A DNA stretch of 64,000 nt, taken from Candidatus Staskawiczbacteria bacterium. Its GTDB lineage: Bacteria; Patescibacteriota; Minisyncoccia; Minisyncoccales; Staskawiczbacteraceae. Below are positions 46,648-54,315 of this stretch, one piece after another. The notes under the pieces were generated by a model. The model saw nothing but the letters and a program-made list of their open reading frames with translations. It ran no database searches and was not told the DNA's origin. Position 1 is the stretch's first letter. Every line of letters starts with the position of its first letter. Location: the NCBI GenBank assembly GCA_023245155.1, contig JAHFKV010000001.1, positions 203,034 through 267,033 of the forward strand. The letters run 5' to 3'. The position numbers and the translations under genes are program-made.

Positions 46648-47943
46648 ATGACAGAAAAAAAATTAAAATTACGAAGCTTAAGTGGCTTCAACGATATTTT
46701 ACCAAAAGACCAACCGTATTTTAAAAAAATACAAAAGTCTCTTGAAAGCACCACAAGTTATTACAACTTCCAAAAAATAGAAGTGCCGGTTTTAGAATTT
46801 GCCGAAGTGTTTTCAAAAGCCGCCGGCGGCACTTCTGATATTGTTGAAAAAGAAATGTATTCTTTCCGTACCAAGGGGGGAGATTTGGTTTGTTTAAGGC
46901 CGGAATTTACCCCGGGCGTGGTGCGCAGCTACATTGAACATGGTATGTACAATTTACCCCAGCCGGTGAAAGTGTGGGCTTGCGGCCCCTGTTTCCGCCA
47001 TGACCGGCCTCAAAAAGGCAGGTATCGCCAATTTTTTCAGGCAAGTTTAGAGGCTTTGGGAGACAAAAGCCCTTCCATTGACGGCCAGATCATCCAAATG
47101 AGTTATGATGTTTTAAAAGATTTAGGATTTAAGAATATCAACATTCAGGTAAACAGCATTGGGGATAACGAATGCCGGCCCTACTTTAAAAAGATTTTGG
47201 TAGGATATTTCAAGTCAAAAAAATCCGCACTATGTTCAGATTGCCAGCGCCGGTTAAGAGAAAACCCGTTAAGAATTCTAGATTGCAAAGAAGAAAAATG
47301 CCAGCAAGTAAAATCGGGTGCTCCCCAAATTGTGGATCATTTGTGTGAAACCTGCCACAAGCACTTTAAACAAGTTCTGGAATTTTTGGATGAATTGGAA
47401 TTACCGTACTCTTTAAATCCGTATTTGGTGCGCGGCTTGGATTATTACACCAAAACCGTATTTGAAATTTCTGAAAAAAGCGATATCGGAACAGAATACG
47501 GATCTTTAGCTTCGGGCGGTCGGTATGATGGCTTGGTAAAATTATTGGGCGGCCGTGATACGCCAGCTTGCGGGGTGGGCATCGGCATTTCAAGGATTAT
47601 GGAATTGATGATGGAAAAAGAAATGAAAACGGAGAAAAAGCCGGTAGAGGGTCCAAAAATATTCCTGGCCCAGTTGGGAGAAATGGCCAAGCGCAAAAGT
47701 TTGAAGCTGTTTGAAAAATTCCGCGATGAGAAAATTCCAGTGGCAGAATCTTTTTCTAAAGATTCGCTGCGCAGCCAGTTGAGCACTGCTAACAAAATGG
47801 GAATCCGTTGGGTATTGATTTTCGGCCAACGGGAAGCATTGGAAGGCTTTATTACGTTGCGGGATATGGAAAGCGGAGTACAAACGGAAATCACATTAGA
47901 CAAGGTCGTAGAAGAAATGAAGAAAAAAGTAAATAAAAAATAG
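46648..47943 (+). CDS. hisS: Histidine--tRNA ligase
   Basis: 431 aa. Class II motifs (LRPEFTP, FRHDRPQKGRYRQF, GGGRYDGL). Confidence 0.95.
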   Translation: MTEKKLKLRSLSGFNDILPKDQPYFKKIQKSLESTTSYYNFQKIEVPVLEFAEVFSKAAGGTSDIVEKEMYSFRTKGGDLVCLRPEFTPGVVRSYIEHGMYNLPQPVKVWACGPCFRHDRPQKGRYRQFFQASLEALGDKSPSIDGQIIQMSYDVLKDLGFKNINIQVNSIGDNECRPYFKKILVGYFKSKKSALCSDCQRRLRENPLRILDCKEEKCQQVKSGAPQIVDHLCETCHKHFKQVLEFLDELELPYSLNPYLVRGLDYYTKTVFEISEKSDIGTEYGSLASGGRYDGLVKLLGGRDTPACGVGIGISRIMELMMEKEMKTEKKPVEGPKIFLAQLGEMAKRKSLKLFEKFRDEKIPVAESFSKDSLRSQLSTANKMGIRWVLIFGQREALEGFITLRDMESGVQTEITLDKVVEEMKKKVNKK

Positions 47944-47955
47944 TAATACAAAACT

Positions 47956-48174
47956 ATGCCAGTCCAAGTAACAAAAAAAGACCGGGAAACCTCACAAAAC
48001 TTGGTTCACCGGTTTACTAAAACCGTGCGGGGGTCGGGACTTTTACTCCAGGTGCGCAGCAAACAATTCAAAAAGCGGGCAAAGTCAGCCTTGGCTAAAA
48101 AAAGATCAGCCCTAAGGCGAGTTACCATGCGGGCCGAGAAAAAGATGGCCGAAAAATTAGCTAAACCGAAATAA
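47956..48174 (+). CDS. rpsU: 30S ribosomal protein S21
   Basis: 72 aa, basic. LVHRFTK.....GLL..VR....F.K....K pattern. Typical rpsU-yqeY adjacency. Confidence 0.7.
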   Translation: MPVQVTKKDRETSQNLVHRFTKTVRGSGLLLQVRSKQFKKRAKSALAKKRSALRRVTMRAEKKMAEKLAKPK

Positions 48175-48672
48175 ATGTTAAAGCAAAAAATTCAAGCACA
48201 TATTAAAGAAGCCATGAAAGCCCATGACGAGCTTTTGCTGACCGTCCTGCGCGGAGCGATTGCGGCCGTGAATTCTAAGCAAGCCGAGAAACGGTATGCC
48301 TTGGTTAAAGCTGATGCTGCAAAAACAGAAGAGGTGTTAGTGGCAGAGTCGACACTCACCGATGACGAAATAATTGGCGTTATTTCCTCTGAAATTAAAA
48401 AACGCCGCGATGCCATTGCCTTGTATGAACAGGGCGGGCGAGCGGAATTAGCGGAAGGTGAGAGAAAAGAAATTGTCATGCTGCAAGCATATCTGCCCGA
48501 GCAGCTGTCGGCAGATGAACTGAAAAAGTTAATAGAAGAATCTATTGCCAAGGTGGGAGCTTCTTCTGTTAAAGACATGGGAAAAATCATGGCTGACCTT
48601 GTCCCAAAAACCAAAGGAAGAGCCGAAAACAGCGAAATCAGTAAAATAATTAAAGAGCTGTTAAACCAATAA
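48175..48672 (+). CDS. GatB/YqeY domain protein
   Basis: 165 aa. IKEAMKA.DE..L.VLR, KKRRDAIALYEQGGR.ELAE.E..EI..L..YLP. Confidence 0.85.
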   Translation: MLKQKIQAHIKEAMKAHDELLLTVLRGAIAAVNSKQAEKRYALVKADAAKTEEVLVAESTLTDDEIIGVISSEIKKRRDAIALYEQGGRAELAEGERKEIVMLQAYLPEQLSADELKKLIEESIAKVGASSVKDMGKIMADLVPKTKGRAENSEISKIIKELLNQ

Positions 48673-48676
48673 TTCT

Positions 48677-49366
48677 ATGCAGAAACTTTTACCAATTGGT
48701 GATTTGTTTAAAAAGAGTTTCGAACTGTATAAGCCGCGAATTTGGACTATGCTATGGCTTGGAGTGATAAGCTGGATCAGTTCCATAGTGATTTTTGCCG
48801 TTTTTGGAATAGCCGGGTTTACCACATTTGCTCTTGGCAGGAATATTCTCACGTTTAACTTATTTTCCCTATTACTCTTTTTAATAGGCGTATTGCTCGT
48901 AGTTATTATTAATGTGTGGATCCAGGTAGCTATGATTTACGCCGTTAAAGAAGAACACGCAACAAGCAGTATGAAGAATTTATTGTTGGCAGTGCGGGGC
49001 AAGATGGCTTCGTATTACTGGATTGTATTTTTGCGGGGTCTGGCGTCGGTGGTAGGATTTATTTTATTTATTATCCCTGGTATTATTTTTTCTGTTTGGT
49101 TCTGCCTATCCCAATACGCCTTTGTGTTTGAAGATAAGAAAGGTTCAGGCGCCCTTGGGCGAAGCAGGCAACTGATAAAAGGATATTGGTGGCCGGTGCT
49201 GGGAAGATTATTGATTTTAATGGTTATTGCCGTTTTAATTTCTTCTATCTCTAAAATAGGATTTTTGATTAATTCATTATTCACCGTACCGTTTGGAATT
49301 GTATATCTGTATGTTATCTACGAAGATTTGAAACAGATAAAGGGTGCTTTATTGCCGGTTGTATAA
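48677..49366 (+). CDS. Hypothetical multi-pass membrane protein
   Basis: 229 aa with 5-6 hydrophobic helices. No family recognised. Confidence 0.55.
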   Translation: MQKLLPIGDLFKKSFELYKPRIWTMLWLGVISWISSIVIFAVFGIAGFTTFALGRNILTFNLFSLLLFLIGVLLVVIINVWIQVAMIYAVKEEHATSSMKNLLLAVRGKMASYYWIVFLRGLASVVGFILFIIPGIIFSVWFCLSQYAFVFEDKKGSGALGRSRQLIKGYWWPVLGRLLILMVIAVLISSISKIGFLINSLFTVPFGIVYLYVIYEDLKQIKGALLPVV

Positions 49367-49388
49367 GATTTTTTAGGAATATTTTACA

Positions 49389-49424
49389 ACAGCGCCCCGA
49401 TGTACATCGGGGCGCTGTTTGTTT
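49389..49424 (+). terminator. GC-rich hairpin terminator upstream of cassette 5
   Basis: Perfect palindrome ACAGCGCCCCGATG-TA-CATCGGGGCGCTGT followed by TTGTTT. Confidence 0.7.
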
Positions 49425-49450
49425 GCAAAAGCAATAAAAGAGAGTAGTAT
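49423..49450 (+). promoter_or_regulatory. Candidate promoter of cassette 5
   Basis: TTGCAA (49423-49428), 16 nt, TAGTAT (49445-49450). SD AAGGAGG lies at 49476-49482. Confidence 0.35.
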
Positions 49451-49488
49451 GATAAGCATTCACTACAACCAAATAAAGGAGGTGAAAA

Positions 49489-50133
49489 GTGAAAACAGTT
49501 GTTCTTTCTGGCTTTCGTCGCTTTGGCGACTACCTTGCCAATTCAACGGCAATTGTAGCGCGGCAGCTAGATCAGAAGGTCCTTGGGGGCGTTCGGGTTG
49601 AGTCAATCGTATTCAGCGCGGCTATTCCCAGAATCAATCGGGGCAAGCAGCTGGTTGGTTTTGCCAGACGCGTTGATGCAAGCGCAATCATTTCCCTGGG
49701 AATGGCTTCGGACAAATCGGGTTTGTGTGTTGAGCACGTGGCTCAAAACAGGATTGACGGAAAGTACGTTCCGACTTCAATGAAAGGCGCCCGCATTGAT
49801 GTGGCCCAACCCTACGGCCATGAGCTTGAGCTGGATCTTGCGCCCTGGAGGTTTGAAAAATTAGCACAGTCTTGTATGACTGCGGGCGTGCCAATTATGA
49901 GGCGTTCGCGCAACGCAGGAGGTTTTTGCTGTAACCACTTAATGTGGCAGCTGCATCAAGCCCAGCTCGGTGTGCCAGCTAAAAAAAGAATTTCGGCCAT
50001 CTTCCTGCACGTTCCGTGTTCCTTGGCATCCGTTGCTGACCTGGATGCTTTCACTCAAGCTGGGAAGGTAACCATGGAGCCAAGTGAAATCATCAAGGGG
50101 TTGGCGTTGCTTATAAAGCATGCGTCAATCTGA
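49489..50133 (+). CDS. Peptidase C15 (pyroglutamyl-peptidase I-like) cysteine peptidase, GC-rich cassette 5
   Basis: 214 aa. GTG start 6 nt after AAGGAGG. MKTVVLSGF..FG N-terminus. Putative Glu-Cys-His triad contexts are retained (LCVEHVAQN, AGGFCCNH, IFLHVP). Hand-counted GC is 333/645 = 52%. Confidence 0.7.
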   Translation: MKTVVLSGFRRFGDYLANSTAIVARQLDQKVLGGVRVESIVFSAAIPRINRGKQLVGFARRVDASAIISLGMASDKSGLCVEHVAQNRIDGKYVPTSMKGARIDVAQPYGHELELDLAPWRFEKLAQSCMTAGVPIMRRSRNAGGFCCNHLMWQLHQAQLGVPAKKRISAIFLHVPCSLASVADLDAFTQAGKVTMEPSEIIKGLALLIKHASI

Positions 50134-50135
50134 AA

Positions 50136-50166
50136 ACCGCCACGTCGCCCTGTGTGCGGTTTTTTT
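50136..50166 (+). terminator. Intrinsic terminator of cassette 5
   Basis: Imperfect hairpin ACCGCCAC...GTGTGCGGT followed by a T-run (50160-50166). Confidence 0.55.
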
Positions 50167-50201
50167 GTTTAATTTTAAAATATATTGTACAATGCGTGAT
50201 T

Positions 50202-50615
50202 ATGGTAGAGATCAACAATCTGACTAATTTTACTGTGGATAAAGCTTTCTTTTCGGGGATTGCAAAAAAAGTCTTAACAGGCGAGAATAAGAGAACGGAA
50301 AATGTTTCCATTGCTTTTGTCACTCCTGCGGAAATTCAGAATCTTAACCAACGATACCGGAAGAAAGACCAACCAACTAATGTGCTGAGCTTTGAAAAAG
50401 TATCTCATTTTAAAGAAGAATGTTCAGAAGTGGTTATTTGCCCGTTTGTGGTCCGGGAAATGGCAAAAGATTCAAGGCTTCCCTTGAAAAAAGAATTGGC
50501 AAAGACACTTATTCATGGTTTGTTGCATGCGCTGGGATACGACCACGAGCGGTCAGCCAAAGATGAGGAAATCATGTTCGCAAAAGAAGAGTTTTATTTT
50601 TCAAAAATAAAATAA
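50202..50615 (+). CDS. ybeY: rRNA maturation endoribonuclease YbeY
   Basis: 137 aa from the internal ATG. Zinc motif HGLLHALGYDHE. Confidence 0.9.
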   Translation: MVEINNLTNFTVDKAFFSGIAKKVLTGENKRTENVSIAFVTPAEIQNLNQRYRKKDQPTNVLSFEKVSHFKEECSEVVICPFVVREMAKDSRLPLKKELAKTLIHGLLHALGYDHERSAKDEEIMFAKEEFYFSKIK

Positions 50616-50616
50616 T

Positions 50617-51864
50617 ATGGCCAAGGGTCACATTGTTACAGGTTTAGATATTGGAACAAGCACGATAAAAGTGTTGGTTGCTGAGCGCAAAGCCGCCGAA
50701 TGGGAAGTTTTGTCATATGCTCAAATACCTTCATTCGGTTTGCGGAGGGGCGCAGTGGTTAACCCCGAAGAAACCGCTAAGCGTTTGCAGATGCTATTAT
50801 CTGGCGTTGAGCGTGATTCGGGGAAAAGGATTAGTTCGGTGTTTGTGAATATCGGGGGCAGCCACTTGCATGTTACCCCTTCAGATGGTTTGATTTCCGT
50901 TTCTCGGGCCGACCACATTATTTCTGAAGAAGACCGTGACCGGGTGTTACAAGCCACCCGCGCCATTAATATTCCTTTGAACGAAGAAATTTTAGACGTA
51001 TTTCCCAAAGAATTCATTATTGACGAACAAAAAGGCATTAAGCAACCCGTGGGATTAACGGGTGTGCGCCTGGAGGCCAAGGTTATTTTGCTATGTTACT
51101 TCCAATCGTATTTTATTAACTTGACGCAGGCAGTTTTGGGAGCGAAATTGCAGATTGACGATATTGTGCCTTCGCCCTTGGCGGCAGCTGAAGCGGTATT
51201 AACCCGTGAACAAAAAGAAATCGGCGCAGCAGTGATTGATATCGGTTCAGCTACCACCAGTTTAGCCGTGTTTGAGGAAGGAGATTTAATTCATCTGGCC
51301 ATTTTTCCGCTCGGCAGCGCCAATATTACCAATGACATTGCCATTGGCCTTCGCACCGATGTGGCCATTGCCGAAGACATTAAAAAACAGCATGGCTCGT
51401 GCATGGTAAAAGAAGCTGTTTCTTCCAAGGCTTCGGCGACCCAAAGCCGGAAAAAAATAGAAGTGTTTGATGCTGCTCACTCACTTTCGTTTACGAAGAA
51501 ACAATTGGTTGATATTATTGAGCCCAGGGTCGTTGAAATTTTAGCCTTAATGCAGAAAGAATTAAAGTCCATCGGCCGCGGGGAATTGTTGCCCGGGGGA
51601 GTGGTGTTGACCGGCGGCGGGGCAAAATTGCCGAAAATCAAAGAGTTGGCTAAACAACAGCTAAAATTGCCTTGCCAAATTGGTGTGGTCAAACAGATTG
51701 TGGGACTTGAGGCCGATCCGGCGCTGGCCACGGTGGCGGGTCTGGTCATGGGCAGTTCTTACTTTGATGACGGACAGGCAGAGGGATTATTAGGTTTACC
51801 GGCGGGTTTTATGAAAGGCTGGGGTTTAAAGTTTCGCCGGATGTTCCGTGTGTTTATTCCATAA
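50617..51864 (+). CDS. ftsA: Cell division protein FtsA
   Basis: 415 aa. Actin-fold LDIGTSTIKVLV, IDIGSATTS, GGGAKLP. C-terminal amphipathic helix (GLKFRRMFRVFIP). Confidence 0.92.
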   Translation: MAKGHIVTGLDIGTSTIKVLVAERKAAEWEVLSYAQIPSFGLRRGAVVNPEETAKRLQMLLSGVERDSGKRISSVFVNIGGSHLHVTPSDGLISVSRADHIISEEDRDRVLQATRAINIPLNEEILDVFPKEFIIDEQKGIKQPVGLTGVRLEAKVILLCYFQSYFINLTQAVLGAKLQIDDIVPSPLAAAEAVLTREQKEIGAAVIDIGSATTSLAVFEEGDLIHLAIFPLGSANITNDIAIGLRTDVAIAEDIKKQHGSCMVKEAVSSKASATQSRKKIEVFDAAHSLSFTKKQLVDIIEPRVVEILALMQKELKSIGRGELLPGGVVLTGGGAKLPKIKELAKQQLKLPCQIGVVKQIVGLEADPALATVAGLVMGSSYFDDGQAEGLLGLPAGFMKGWGLKFRRMFRVFIP

Positions 51865-51895
51865 TTTCAAAATTCAAATTTCAAATTAACATACC

Positions 51896-52816
51896 ATGTC
51901 ACCGAAAATCAGGGTGGTGGGAGTGGGAGGATCGGGGTCAAACACGATTTCGCGCATCGCCAAATTTAATGTTAAAGGAGTTGAATTAATCGCCATCAAT
52001 ACGGATGCGCAGGCATTGCATTTTTGCAAAGTTCCCCAGAAGTTGCTGATTGGTAAAAATGTAACTCGCGGTTTGGGAGCGGGCATGGATGTGGCACAAG
52101 GCAAAGCAGCCGCCCAAGAAAATACCAAGGAAATTTCGGAAATGCTTAAGGGTGCAGACATGGTTTTCATTACTTGTGGATTTGGCGGGGGTACTGGCAG
52201 TGGTGCAGGTCCGGTGATTGCCCAAATAGCCCACCAACTGGGTATTTTAACGGTGGCGGTGATTACCACACCTTTTTCTTTTGAAGGGGAGCAGCGTAAA
52301 AAAATTGCCGATGAAGCTATTAAAGAGTTGCAGTTAAACGTGGATTCGCTACTAATTATTTCCAATGATAATTTATTGAAAATCATCGATGAAAAGACCA
52401 CGGTTTCCAATGCCTTTGAAATTTGTGATGACATGGTTAAGCAAGCGGTGCAGGGTATTACCGATTTAATTGTTACTCCCGGAATTATTAATGTTGATTT
52501 CGCCTCACTGATTTCCGTGATGAAAAATTCCGGCCGGGCTTTATTTGGCGTGGGAAAAGCTCATGGTCAGAATCGTGCGATTGAGGCGGCTACCAGGGCT
52601 ATCCAATCTCCATTATTGGATTTTTCTATTAAGGGGGCGAAAGGAATTTTGTTCAATGCTTCCGGGTCAGATGTTACTCTGCAGGAAATCCAAGATGCGG
52701 CCAAAATCATTACCGAACACACTGACCCTAAAGCCCAGATTATTTTCGGGGCGGTGAAAGACGTTTCGCTGAAAAAAGGCGAAGTGAAAATTACGGTAAT
52801 TGCCACCAAGTTTTAA
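51896..52816 (+). CDS. ftsZ: Cell division protein FtsZ, core only, no C-terminal linker or tail
   Basis: 306 aa. GVGGSGSN, tubulin signature GGGTGSGAGP, NTDAQAL. Ends at ...KITVIATKF* directly at the end of the globular core. Confidence 0.95.
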   Translation: MSPKIRVVGVGGSGSNTISRIAKFNVKGVELIAINTDAQALHFCKVPQKLLIGKNVTRGLGAGMDVAQGKAAAQENTKEISEMLKGADMVFITCGFGGGTGSGAGPVIAQIAHQLGILTVAVITTPFSFEGEQRKKIADEAIKELQLNVDSLLIISNDNLLKIIDEKTTVSNAFEICDDMVKQAVQGITDLIVTPGIINVDFASLISVMKNSGRALFGVGKAHGQNRAIEAATRAIQSPLLDFSIKGAKGILFNASGSDVTLQEIQDAAKIITEHTDPKAQIIFGAVKDVSLKKGEVKITVIATKF

Positions 52817-54294
52817 TGACTGCTTCCCGTACCCTTTTTTTCTTTTGTATTTCGTTTATGGTTGGGATTGGGCTCGAATTTTTTGTAAAAATACCTCAAG
52901 AGTTACTATGGGGATTTTTAGTTGGAGGAATGTTTTTAATCGCCGCCGGTTTTTTTTATAAAAAATCGGCGGTAGTAGCTGGCTTCTGCCTGCTCTTTTT
53001 ACTCCTTGGGATTTTGCGCCTGCAAACTTCCACATTTACCATTTCCCAAGATCCGCTCCGTAAATTAAACGATCAACCGCAAAAAATAACTCTCACGGGC
53101 CAGGTTGTTGATGAGCCCGATATTCGGATCAATCAGCAGAAACTAAAGGTGAAAGTTGGTGAAAGTATGGTGCTGGTTACGGCTAATTTGTATCCGCCTT
53201 ACCGCTACTTAGACATTGTTCAAATAACGGGAAAACTGAAAACACCGGCCGAACTGGCTAACTTCAGCTACAAAAATTATTTAGCCAAAGATGGTGTTTA
53301 TTCAGTTATAGATTATCCGGATATTACCGTTTTACCCGGTCCGCGGTTGTATACGCCAACCACGTTTTTGTATGAAAAAATCCTTTGGATGAAAGAAAGG
53401 CTGGTGGCTTCAATTTACAAAAATTTTTTCCCGCCTAACACCCTTATTTTAGAAGGCATGATCTTTGGCAATGATAAGCGCATGTCTCCTGAGTTAAAAA
53501 ATCAATTCAACGCCACCGGTCTTTCGCATGTAACTGCCGTTTCGGGAACTAACATCGTAATTTTAATTAATATCTTAATGGTTTTTTTGTTGGCGCTGGG
53601 ATTCTGGCGCGGCCAGGCGTTTTGGGCAGCTGTGGGATTAATTTGGTTTTATTTAATCATGATTGGCCTGCCCGTTTCCGGGGTGCGCGCGGGCATTATG
53701 GGAAGCATGGGGTTGTTGGCCCAAAAATTAGGCAGGCAAAATACCAGTTCCCGCGTACTCACCTTAACGGGTGCGGTCATGTTGTTTCAAAATCCCATGT
53801 TGTTGGTTTATGATGTCAGTTTCCAGCTTTCTTTTTTGGCATCGCTGGGAATTATCTATGTAAAGCCTTGCCTAGACTATTATTTAGCCGTTTTTTCTTG
53901 GGAAAAGACTCAGTGGTTAATTAGTATCCTTTCAATTACCTTGGCCGCCCAAATTATTACTTTGCCAATTATGGTGTATAACTTCGGCCAGGTTTCTTTC
54001 ATTGCGCCCATTACCAATGTGCTGGCGCTCCCAGTGGTGGAAGCGCTGACCGTGCTGGGATTTTTAGCTTCTTTTGCGGGCGCTTTTTCTCATTTACTAG
54101 GATTCCTATTTTCATTGCCATGCCTGGCCCTCTTAAAGTATTTTACGCTGGTTTTAGATATTTTTTCTAAACCCTGGGCTGTAACAACCGTGCAAGGTGT
54201 TCCCTGGATATGGATAGCGGTTTATTATGCCGCCCTGGCCGTCCTGATTTGGTGGTTGCAAAAGTCCCAAAACCTGAGTTTTTGGGATGATTGA
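52816..54294 (+). CDS. comEC: ComEC/Rec2 DNA internalisation channel, without the metallo-beta-lactamase domain
   Basis: 492 aa. N-terminal OB/DUF4131-like region plus the multi-pass Competence domain (F...GLSH..A.SG.N). Confidence 0.85.
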   Translation: MTASRTLFFFCISFMVGIGLEFFVKIPQELLWGFLVGGMFLIAAGFFYKKSAVVAGFCLLFLLLGILRLQTSTFTISQDPLRKLNDQPQKITLTGQVVDEPDIRINQQKLKVKVGESMVLVTANLYPPYRYLDIVQITGKLKTPAELANFSYKNYLAKDGVYSVIDYPDITVLPGPRLYTPTTFLYEKILWMKERLVASIYKNFFPPNTLILEGMIFGNDKRMSPELKNQFNATGLSHVTAVSGTNIVILINILMVFLLALGFWRGQAFWAAVGLIWFYLIMIGLPVSGVRAGIMGSMGLLAQKLGRQNTSSRVLTLTGAVMLFQNPMLLVYDVSFQLSFLASLGIIYVKPCLDYYLAVFSWEKTQWLISILSITLAAQIITLPIMVYNFGQVSFIAPITNVLALPVVEALTVLGFLASFAGAFSHLLGFLFSLPCLALLKYFTLVLDIFSKPWAVTTVQGVPWIWIAVYYAALAVLIWWLQKSQNLSFWDD

Positions 54295-54315
54295 AAATAT
54301 AGTATAATAAATAAT

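Noticed and set aside
4927-50166. The GC-rich cassettes as classical mobile elements (IS, integron cassette, MITE, prophage remnant).
   Set aside because: I found no transposase or integrase, no inverted terminal repeats, no flanking direct repeats, no attC-like shared element, and no sequence shared between the five flanks. They are reported as compositional islands only.
51886-52434. A 182-aa minus-strand ORF inside ftsZ. Similar antisense ORFs lie at 1566-2075, 35500-35970, 47445-47951 and 48192-48614.
   Set aside because: They overlap strongly supported genes on the opposite strand. No motifs and no start-site context.
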